Assembly (NCBI GenBank): GCA_963662715.1
Contig: OY759724.1
Span: 1,410,001-1,442,000 of the forward strand
Direction: 5' to 3'
Length of the DNA stretch: 32,000 bases
Source: Candidatus Omnitrophota bacterium
Lineage (GTDB): Bacteria > Omnitrophota > Gorgyraeia > Zapsychrales > JANLHA01
The translations under genes and the position numbers were made by a program. This document shows positions 8,965 to 16,351 of this stretch, one piece after another; within the stretch, counting starts at the first letter, position 1; each line of letters starts with the position of its first letter. The notes beneath the pieces are model-generated. The model was not told where the DNA came from. It made no database searches and saw nothing but the letters and a program-made list of their open reading frames with translations.

Positions 8965-10152
8965 TTAAACGACGGCCATTATGATAATATTGCCGTTCTG
9001 CATCAGCCAGGGATCGGCCGAAGGATCATGGCTGAAGCGGAAAAATTCATTTAAAGAATACATGCCCAATATCGGCACGGAATGGCCGAAAGTCGTCCGG
9101 ATTGTCTTGAGTTCATCCATGGCGCTGCGGCCCAGTAATCGACGACGGGCAATGGACTCAAAGATCAAAACAAAACTGGGCCTTTTCAGGGTTAGCTGCG
9201 CCCTGACATCCTTGGCCGCCTCTTCGGCCGCCTGCAGGTAGGAAGAATGGTTCCCGATCATGATATTGATCTCTGATCCTTCAGGAACAGTATCTTGACA
9301 GATTATCGCTCCTCCGTCAAGAATGCCAATGACATTTCTGAGGATGTATTTTGAGCTGCCGGGTATGCGTATGCCTAACGGGTAGCGGAAGCTCAAAGGG
9401 CTTAACGGCCCGTGTTTCAGGGTTTCCGCTTCTTTTCCGAAATATTGTTTGTAAAGAAAGCTGGCTTTCTTTCCGTTAATCGAAAGGATGAGCGGGCCGT
9501 CGACTTTATCTACTGTGCGGGGCTTCCCTATCGGCTTGAAACCATGGTTGATGCACATGCCGGTTTGTAGCCGGCCGCCCAGAATGAGGGATACGGAGCC
9601 TTCCGACATCGCCGCGTCTTTATAATACTGAAATGTTTTTTGAAAACGGAAATCATCACTGCTCCCGACCATGATCATGGGGATATTGTAAAGGAATTCC
9701 TGCTTGATCCCTAAAAGAAACTGGGAAAGCTCTTCCAGTAAACCGTCGGCAATACAGAGAAATAATTGTCTCTGTTTCTGGCCGAACCCGGACATGGTCG
9801 ACTTGACCAGTTTGCGGCCGGCCTCCTTTTTGTTCTGCAGTTTGAGGAAGGGGATGCATCCGGATTCAAAACGGATTTGATCGGAATTGAGGGCCATAAT
9901 GCCGATGCCCCGGTTAGCAATCTGGTTGGGCAGGATGATGGAAGGGGTGGACGCCCCGATAATGCGGGTGCGGTTTAATATCTCGAATACGATGGGAATG
10001 ACTGTCTGCGGAGAATAGTGTATGGTCGTGAACAGGATCGCCATGTCGACACGGTCCAGTTTCAAATTTTTTTTTGCCTGTTCCGCCGCCTCTTTTGCGG
10101 CTAAGCGCGTGTCGTAATTTTGACTAAACCCAATGCCCACGTTTGTTGCCAC
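8965..10152 (-). CDS. FIST-domain signal-transduction protein
   Basis: GTG start with AAAGGAG RBS. The layout is typical of FIST_N/FIST_C proteins (GIGFS..., AILFTTIHY, GASTPS, SLILGG...G, IMIGN, ...LGMYSLNEF). First gene of a FIST-HK-RR operon on the minus strand. Confidence 0.7.
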   Translation of the reverse strand: MATNVGIGFSQNYDTRLAAKEAAEQAKKNLKLDRVDMAILFTTIHYSPQTVIPIVFEILNRTRIIGASTPSIILPNQIANRGIGIMALNSDQIRFESGCIPFLKLQNKKEAGRKLVKSTMSGFGQKQRQLFLCIADGLLEELSQFLLGIKQEFLYNIPMIMVGSSDDFRFQKTFQYYKDAAMSEGSVSLILGGRLQTGMCINHGFKPIGKPRTVDKVDGPLILSINGKKASFLYKQYFGKEAETLKHGPLSPLSFRYPLGIRIPGSSKYILRNVIGILDGGAIICQDTVPEGSEINIMIGNHSSYLQAAEEAAKDVRAQLTLKRPSFVLIFESIARRRLLGRSAMDELKTIRTTFGHSVPILGMYSLNEFFRFSHDPSADPWLMQNGNIIIMAVV

Positions 10153-10335
10153 GAGCAGACTCCTTTAAAATATTAATATCGATATAACTATAACATATGA
10201 AATGATTTGCTAAATAAGAAAATGGATTTTATTAAGGAGGCAATAATTTTTATTGACCGTGAAATGAATTATGGTAATATTTAAAGTTACAGGTCGCGGT
10301 TCTTCTGAACGGCCTGTTCATTAAGATGAATTTAC

Positions 10336-10410
10336 GGCCCCATCGTCTAGCCTGGTCCAGGACGTATGGTTCTCAGCCATAAAACGCCGGTTCAAATCCG
10401 GCTGGGGCTA
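10336..10410 (+). tRNA. tRNA-Glu, anticodon CTC
   Basis: GGCCCCATCGTCTAGCCTGGTCCAGGAC..., typical tRNA-Glu D-arm. Anticodon stem TATGG/CCATA with loop TTCTCAG (anticodon CTC). T-arm CCGG-TTCAAAT-CCGG. Acceptor GGCCCCA/TGGGGCT plus A. Confidence 0.9.
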
Positions 10411-10411
10411 T

Positions 10412-10451
10412 AAATATAAGGGGACACCCAAAAGGGTGTCCCCTTATATTT
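10412..10451 (+). terminator. Perfect 18-bp hairpin immediately 3' of tRNA-Glu (terminator-like)
   Basis: AAATATAAGGGGACACCC - AAAA - GGGTGTCCCCTTATATTT. Confidence 0.6.
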
Positions 10452-10923
10452 AAAACTCCAACTCTTTGACCGGCAATCGGAGATATCGGCGACCGAGCGT
10501 TGCGAGGCAATTCAGAAAAGGTCATCCGAGCTGAGCGAGGAAGTGGTTGAGCAGGGGCGAAACCATTCCAAATCCGGCAGTATAAAAGGGGGACTCTTTT
10601 GAATCCCCGTTATTATTTCTTCTAACTCAGAAATTTTCCTTTTTGTATCCCCAAAACCATGGAAATATTACAGGAAAATAGATTTTTTGCGAGGCCTTTT
10701 CAAGAGTGCTTGTAATTCAAAAAATTTTATATTTATGTTAAGAAAAGTCAGATTTTGGTCGTATCGGGCCATTGACAGAGAGAAAAATAAGGATGATACT
10801 GTATGATATTTCCAGGTGTTTTGAAAGATCGGTAATATTATGCGTCGTAACTATTTAGCAGTATAAAAAAGGACAAAAGAGATTTTTTATTCAATAAAAA
10901 CCGGATATTTGGAAAAAAACACA

Positions 10924-11000
10924 CTATAACAATACATCACGATATCACCCAATAACAAAATTCAATATTAATAAGTACGACGTAGAAGAAATTGTTAGAC
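10924..11000 (+). repeat. attC-like recombination site (site 0) ending in core GTTAGAC
   Basis: Starts CTATAACAAT (inverse-core-like) and ends AATTGTTAGAC. TAACAAT/ATTGTTA pair as the base of an imperfect palindrome. GTTAGAC fits GTTRRRY and lies 7 nt before the ORF at 11008. Confidence 0.5.
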
Positions 11001-11007
11001 GAAGAAA

Positions 11008-12021
11008 ATGATGAAAAAACTCATAGAAGATTTTCAAAAAATAGCCACCACGATAACAGAGCTAACAAAAATATCTGACTTAACAGCAGAGCATGATATT
11101 TTATCAAATGCTGAACGACATATCGAAATAACAGGCTATGACAATTGGGATGGCGGGTCAGATATCCACACAGTATACTTGCAAATACCCATCGAGCTTT
11201 ACTCTAAATATGAGTCAAATTTAGATAAAATAGAAAAGACAATTAATTCTAAGTTTCAACCCATTCTTCGCAATTATCCGAATGAGTATATAAACGATGT
11301 TGTAATTACACCGCGCCTTGTACAAGCGAAAGCTTCTGTTCAAACAGAATACACTCAACAAGAAAAACATGCATTTATAAGCTATCAGACAGCTGATAAG
11401 CATGTTGCAGGAAAAATAAAACAATTATTAGAGGGTATTGGTATTGAAGGTTTTTTAGCACATGAAGACATTGACGTTTCATTAGAATGGCAAGATGAAA
11501 TATTAAAAAATATGGCAAAATCTTCTCTATTTATTTGCTTGTTAAGCAGTAATTATTTAAATTCTTTTTGGTGCATACAAGAATCGGGAATGGCAAGGTT
11601 TAAGAACTCTACAGTCATCCCGTTGACATTAGATGGCACTGTTCCGCCCGGTTTTATTTCAAAGTATCAAGCAGTAAGAATTGATCCTGAAAGACCTAGA
11701 ATACATGATCTTATCCCTGGATTGATGAAATATAATAAATTTGATGTCTTAGAAATAATTATAGAAGTAATTGGATCGTCGAGAAGTTTTCGTGGCGCAG
11801 AGTCTAATTTTGAATTGATTTTGCCATATTTAAATGATTTAACCGAGAAACAGGCTAAAAGTTTGCTAGAAAAAATAAGACAAAACAATCAAGTGCATCA
11901 TGCAAGTCTTTGTGCAAATGAATACATCCCAAAAGTGCTTAAGAAATATGGCAATTTAATCTCTGAAGATGACTTGGAGTTTTTAAAAGATAGATGTAAA
12001 GAATATAATGGAGACGTCTAA
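11008..12021 (+). CDS. TIR-domain protein (unknown N-terminal ~115 aa, TIR, helical C-terminal ~120 aa)
   Basis: TIR core at residues ~120-210: HAFISYQTADKHVAGKI...LFICLLSSNYLNSFWCIQESG...VIPLTLDG. The SxWCxxE motif carries the conserved catalytic Glu (E192, nt 11581-11583). Confidence 0.8.
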   Translation: MMKKLIEDFQKIATTITELTKISDLTAEHDILSNAERHIEITGYDNWDGGSDIHTVYLQIPIELYSKYESNLDKIEKTINSKFQPILRNYPNEYINDVVITPRLVQAKASVQTEYTQQEKHAFISYQTADKHVAGKIKQLLEGIGIEGFLAHEDIDVSLEWQDEILKNMAKSSLFICLLSSNYLNSFWCIQESGMARFKNSTVIPLTLDGTVPPGFISKYQAVRIDPERPRIHDLIPGLMKYNKFDVLEIIIEVIGSSRSFRGAESNFELILPYLNDLTEKQAKSLLEKIRQNNQVHHASLCANEYIPKVLKKYGNLISEDDLEFLKDRCKEYNGDV

Positions 12022-12090
12022 CAACTCAATCCAGCGGACCTCCGGGGCAGCTGCGCGCCCCTTCGAGCCGCTGATTTCGTTGCGTTATAG
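12016..12090 (+). repeat. attC-like recombination site (site A)
   Basis: GTCTAAC (12016-12022, fits RYYYAAC and overlaps the stop codon) is the exact reverse complement of GTTAGAC at 10994. The GC-rich imperfect hairpin pairs CAGCGG/CCGCTG and GGGGC/GCCCC, with bulged bases. It ends GTTATAG (12084-12090). Confidence 0.6.
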
Positions 12091-12111
12091 GAAATAAATA
12101 AAAAAGGAGAA

Positions 12112-12786
12112 ATGCTCATGTCTCGAAGTCCATATAAAATGCCTTCTGTGTTTGTAGCCTGCCCTTATGATGAAAAGAAATTTAAATTTTCTTCGTTTAA
12201 GAAAGAATTGGCGTCCCTTCCTTTTAGCATCGAATATGCTGATACAAATTTGGAAACAAAGCACTTAATGGAAAAAATAAAACGTCTTATAAAGGCTGCA
12301 GATTTTTCTTTCTTTGACTTGTCATCTTGGAATCCAAACGTTGCACTTGAATTAGGTTTAGCAGAAGGAGTTAAATCTTCTTATTATATTTTGGTAAACT
12401 CGAAGATGAACAAAGATGTTCCTTCCGATATTAAAGGGATTCAAAGAATAGAATATTCGTCCCTTCAAGGAAATGAGAGAAGTCTCCGTTCCCAAATAAT
12501 TCAATATTTCTTTAAAAAGAATTATTCTCTGACAAAAGATTTGTGGACAAAATTGTCTCGACATAAAAATGCTCATAAAATATTTGATTTTGGGTTGCGT
12601 GTTCTCGCCTTTCTACGAGATCACGATGCCATAGAACATGCCGATTTTAAAGAAATTTCTAGAGGACTATATGTTAGGCTTGAGGATCAGGAACATGTTA
12701 TAACAACTCTTATAAATATAAAGGCGTTAAAAAAGGCCTATGGTCGCGAAGAATACTTATTAACAAAATCTATATATAAGAAATGA
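12112..12786 (+). CDS. TIR-like / nucleoside 2-deoxyribosyltransferase-like domain protein with a possible C-terminal winged-helix
   Basis: SVFVACPYD...KIKRLIKAADFSFFDLSSWNPNVALELGLAEG resembles the (V/I)F(I/V)...AD..I.D.....NV.(F)ELG.A.G signature of COG4271-type TIR-like and deoxyribosyltransferase-like folds. The AAGGAGA RBS at 12104-12110 favours the second ATG (12118) as the start. Confidence 0.45.
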   Translation: MLMSRSPYKMPSVFVACPYDEKKFKFSSFKKELASLPFSIEYADTNLETKHLMEKIKRLIKAADFSFFDLSSWNPNVALELGLAEGVKSSYYILVNSKMNKDVPSDIKGIQRIEYSSLQGNERSLRSQIIQYFFKKNYSLTKDLWTKLSRHKNAHKIFDFGLRVLAFLRDHDAIEHADFKEISRGLYVRLEDQEHVITTLINIKALKKAYGREEYLLTKSIYKK

Positions 12787-12788
12787 CC

Positions 12789-12830
12789 CTATAACAATTC
12801 ATGTGTTCTATCGTAGATGAAAATTTATAA
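12789..12830 (+). repeat. Short, degenerate attC-like site (site B)
   Basis: CTATAAC (12789-12795, 3 nt after the stop) is the exact reverse complement of GTTATAG at 12084. AATTCAT pairs with ATGAA(AA)TT. The expected GTT core is TTTATAA (12824-12830), so the site is probably inactive. Confidence 0.4.
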
Positions 12831-12833
12831 AAA

Positions 12834-14465
12834 ATGACGTCACCTAAAAAGCGCGCTCAAATACTGCAAGATCATCTTAAAAAAGGTAATACTTTTTTCC
12901 CTCCTTTTACTTTTAAAGAAGGCATTGGTCGGTTTGACGAAATCAACTGGCGGGCAGACTTTGTTCCAGAGCTAATTTGGATTGCATTATTGATTGAGGA
13001 ATATGGATTCGATAAATCAAAAAATTTAGCCTGTGCTTTGGCAATATTGTCAATGCAACTCCGTCAAACTGAACAACTACCAGATTTTGGAATGGTATCA
13101 GCCTATGAACCACTAGGGGAAACGACAAAAAGGAATATTAATAAACACTTAGATTCAAAGGGAGTGTTGCAAGAAATATCAAAGCCATTGGTGCCATTGG
13201 TAACACTCTATCCTGATTGCCCATTAAGTTTTTTGATCGAAGGAGAAAAGAATAGATGTTCTGTCGATCACGCCAGCACAAAGGTTGCTCCAATTCTTGA
13301 AGAATGTCTTTACCGTGGTGAAAAATTGCCAACTCTTGTTCAAGCTGTTTATTATGAGCTGTCAATCGCTTCCGGAAAATTGAAATTCGTTGCTCCATTA
13401 GGCCCTCACAATACAGATCCTATTAAAGAATACCCCAATACAGACGAATCAAAAAGGTTGGCTAGCATGCTTAGGGCCAACGCTTGTCATATGACAGCAA
13501 TGGGCCATTCAAAGAAATGGGTTCAATATTTCTGGAGAAAAGGTCGTGATATTGGCCCTTGTGTGCCTAAAAAATCTTCTGACCTTCATCTGAATGATTT
13601 CCCTCAAGAATTTATTTTATACAACACAGAATGTTTCAAACAATATCATGATGGTTGTAATAAGCTATGGGAATATATCGAGCGAAACTATGTGATTGAT
13701 TTTTACTCTCCACTGCGTGACGAAATTCGCCTTAGTCTATTTTGCCGTATTTATCGCCTTACTGTCCATGTCGTAAGTTTTATCCCTAATTGGACAGAGG
13801 ATATAGCTGAAATATTTTTGCGAATGATTATAGAATCATATATTTACTATATGTGGTTCAAAAAAAATGGCACGGAAGAATCATATGAGAAATTCTATGT
13901 GTATGGCCTTGGGCAACAGAAATTAAGAAAAGAACACATATCAAACTATCTCAAGAAGCAAGGTGTTCCCGAGGAGGAGATAGAACAACAGAATCCCGGT
14001 CTCTCATTTCTTAAAAATCATAAAATGGATGAATTTATTCCAGTGAATATTGGAAATCCGCTGGACAAAAATCTTCGAATTATTGCAGAGGAGGCAGATT
14101 GCCGTGAAATTTACTCATTAATTTTCTCACCAGCGAGTTCTGCTATCCATGGAATGTATGATTCCTTAGAAAGGTTCTATTTGAAAACATGCCTAAATCC
14201 ATTCCATTGTTACCATAAAGTTCCATATTATTGGTCCAAATCAGCTGTGTCGAGTTATGGGGTGATTAACTGCCTTGAATTCACTGACTGGATTTTTGCT
14301 GATTTGGTGAAGGATTTAAATGGTAAATTGCCGGATAAAATGCCAGGTGAAATCTATATTGAGAACCTAAACGACAATAAGGCGCTCGAGGAGTTTACCA
14401 AAAGAGATGATGTGCAGGAGTGGATTAATTTATCTGCACAATTTAGAAACAATGTAAAGGAGTAA
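12834..14465 (+). CDS. Hypothetical protein, 543 aa, no domain recognised
   Basis: Long uninterrupted ORF in an AT-rich context, on the same strand as its neighbours and 4 nt after site B. Predicted mostly helical. No catalytic motif I can name and no obvious SD. Confidence 0.6.
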   Translation: MTSPKKRAQILQDHLKKGNTFFPPFTFKEGIGRFDEINWRADFVPELIWIALLIEEYGFDKSKNLACALAILSMQLRQTEQLPDFGMVSAYEPLGETTKRNINKHLDSKGVLQEISKPLVPLVTLYPDCPLSFLIEGEKNRCSVDHASTKVAPILEECLYRGEKLPTLVQAVYYELSIASGKLKFVAPLGPHNTDPIKEYPNTDESKRLASMLRANACHMTAMGHSKKWVQYFWRKGRDIGPCVPKKSSDLHLNDFPQEFILYNTECFKQYHDGCNKLWEYIERNYVIDFYSPLRDEIRLSLFCRIYRLTVHVVSFIPNWTEDIAEIFLRMIIESYIYYMWFKKNGTEESYEKFYVYGLGQQKLRKEHISNYLKKQGVPEEEIEQQNPGLSFLKNHKMDEFIPVNIGNPLDKNLRIIAEEADCREIYSLIFSPASSAIHGMYDSLERFYLKTCLNPFHCYHKVPYYWSKSAVSSYGVINCLEFTDWIFADLVKDLNGKLPDKMPGEIYIENLNDNKALEEFTKRDDVQEWINLSAQFRNNVKE

Positions 14466-14541
14466 TAAATAACAACGGAAAGAATCATCTATCAACGGCA
14501 TTAAGAGCGACGGCAAAAAATCGCCGAAAGATAAATAAAAC

Positions 14542-14943
14542 ATGAATATTTTTAAAAATGAAATTTATTGTGTAGTTTTTCCTGAAGAATTTCGATTTAA
14601 GTCATATGGGAAAGAGAAAAATCTAAAGACATTTATTGATGTCTCGGAGGGAAAGAATCCTAAGGTAATCGCTGTAGGTGAAGATGTTTCTCATCAAGAA
14701 CCATTTAATAGAGTGTATTTATTTAAAACTACTGAAAATAATTTAAAATTAAAGAAAAGTGAATATTTAACTGCCTATTTTAAGTATGCTTTTAAAAGCG
14801 TTTTTAATAAATTTGTTGTAGTAAGACCAACAATAATTTTTGAGAACACATCCAGCTTGAGTTCAATCTTAGGCGGTTATGAGAAAGATATCCTTGAGCA
14901 CGCATCATTGAGTGCAAGTGCTTTAAAATGTATATTTAAATAA
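14542..14943 (+). CDS. Hypothetical protein, 133 aa
   Basis: ORF on the same strand, 76 nt after the previous gene, with a double stop TAATAA. No recognisable motif. Confidence 0.4.
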   Translation: MNIFKNEIYCVVFPEEFRFKSYGKEKNLKTFIDVSEGKNPKVIAVGEDVSHQEPFNRVYLFKTTENNLKLKKSEYLTAYFKYAFKSVFNKFVVVRPTIIFENTSSLSSILGGYEKDILEHASLSASALKCIFK

Positions 14944-15126
14944 TAAACGGCTAACAAGTCATCCATGAAAACAGTCATCTGGTCAAGCATAAAATAGAAA
15001 GGCCAAATCATCCATTCGCGCTATATTCCCCCAAAGGACTTATGCGCACAATAGCGTATTATGACAGGGCGTGCCAATCACTACAACGGCCTTAAATATG
15101 CCAGAGTTGTTAACAGCATCACCCAT

Positions 15127-16134
15127 TTATACTGACCGATATTTATACTCACAGTTGTTTTTCAAAACAGCAAAAACAGATTTTAACAGCTTATGAGCAA
15201 CAGCAACTATAGCGACACCGTAATCTTTTTTAGTTCGAATCTTCTGAAAATGAGTTTGTAAATATATATCACGGCGCACAGCGGTTTGAGCCGCTTCGAC
15301 AAAAGCAGTGCGTAAGTATTTATTGCCATCTTTAGTAATAGGGCCTGAATAATAGCTTTGACCTGATTGATGGACACGAGGAACAATGCCGGCGTAACGG
15401 GCAAGTTTATGCGCATTCTTAAAGCGGGAGATGTCACCGATTTCAGCCAGGATGACATGAGCAAGAATAACCCCTATACCAGGGACAGTGTAGAGTAACC
15501 GAGCCTTAGAATCGACTTTGATGTTCAGACGGAGACGAGAATCGATTTTGTAAATATGCCGGGAGAGAATATCGATAAAGGAGAGATAATCGGCAATCAT
15601 GGAAGAATAAGGTTGCCGTAAGGATAATTGATTTAAGAAGAGTTTGCCGGAAACACCGAAGAGGTCGCTGAAAGAATGCTGAATACCCTGATAATCAAGG
15701 ATAGCATGAATACGATTTTTGAGGCTAGTGCGAATGGCGATCAAACGGTGGCGATACCGCATCAAAGCACGAGCATCACGATGAAAGCGGGAAACACGGT
15801 AAGCTTTGGGCAAGAGATCGGCTCTCAAGAGGTCAGCTAAAACAGAAGCAGAGATTTTATCGGTTTTAATGCGTTGTTCGGCAATAGCCTTAGTTCGCGC
15901 GGTATGAGCGAGAGAAACATCTAAGCCGGCCTCTTCAAGCAAGTCACCGAGCCAAAGGTCAAAGCCAGAGGCTTCCAGTGCGACAGAAGAGTTATGAGGA
16001 AGGGCTTTAAAATAATTTTTCATAGCATCTTTCTGAAAGTGATATAATTTTGTTTGATCGATGCGGTTGCCATTCTGATCTTTAACGACAACATACGAAT
16101 ACTTTTTGTGTTGATCGATTCCGATGTAATACAT
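15127..16134 (-). CDS. IS110-family transposase/recombinase
   Basis: MYYIGIDQHKKYSYVVV (DEDD RuvC-like N-terminus), ...ALEASGFD..., C-terminal YAGIVPRVHQSGQS / ITKDGNKYLR (IS116/IS110/IS902 domain). Start moved to the ATG at 16134, which has an AGGAGG RBS; the track's 16179 start lacks one. Confidence 0.9.
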   Translation of the reverse strand: MYYIGIDQHKKYSYVVVKDQNGNRIDQTKLYHFQKDAMKNYFKALPHNSSVALEASGFDLWLGDLLEEAGLDVSLAHTARTKAIAEQRIKTDKISASVLADLLRADLLPKAYRVSRFHRDARALMRYRHRLIAIRTSLKNRIHAILDYQGIQHSFSDLFGVSGKLFLNQLSLRQPYSSMIADYLSFIDILSRHIYKIDSRLRLNIKVDSKARLLYTVPGIGVILAHVILAEIGDISRFKNAHKLARYAGIVPRVHQSGQSYYSGPITKDGNKYLRTAFVEAAQTAVRRDIYLQTHFQKIRTKKDYGVAIVAVAHKLLKSVFAVLKNNCEYKYRSV

Positions 16135-16330
16135 ACGTGCCTCCTTTCTGGAAGGTTGTGGTTTTTGGCTTAAAATCATTATACGCCTTCCAGAGGCACG
16201 TTTTCATACTATCACTACAGCGGTGCGCTTCGGCACCTTCGGCAGCCTCAAGACCCAGTGGGCGTGTGGCGTATCTCCTCAAAAATTGGACTGAAAGTAA
16301 TTAGGGAGACAAAATAGCTTTTAATATAAA
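16135..16330 (-). ncRNA. Candidate IS110 bridge/guide RNA region in the 5' non-coding end
   Basis: Dense secondary structure. ACGTGCCTC..CTGGAAGG (16135-16156) pairs with CCTTCCAG-AGGCACGT (16185-16200) and occludes the RBS. A second hairpin is GGTGC-GCTTCG-GCACC (~16223-16238). The position matches the IS110 subgroup, where the ncRNA lies upstream of the recombinase. Confidence 0.35.
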
Positions 16331-16351
16331 AGGTCACCCGGGGCTATATAT

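Larger units (their letters stand above)
15116..16345 (-). mobile_element. IS110-family insertion sequence (boundaries approximate)
   Basis: A single DEDD-type transposase gene with ~200 nt of structured non-coding DNA on its 5' side and very little on its 3' side. No terminal inverted repeats, as expected for IS110. The ends are not determinable by eye. Confidence 0.55.

Noticed and set aside
10153-11007. Looked for an integron integrase (intI), attI or any tyrosine recombinase next to the cassette-like array and tRNA-Glu
   Set aside because: No ORF longer than about 60 codons exists in this interval on either strand, and no recombinase motif appears elsewhere in the window. The array is therefore treated as integrase-less.
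14466-14541. Possible attC between the 543-aa and 133-aa genes
   Set aside because: The TAACAA box is present (ATAACAACGG), but I found no complementary TTGTTA/GTT core or palindromic partner before the next ORF. I do not call it a recombination site.
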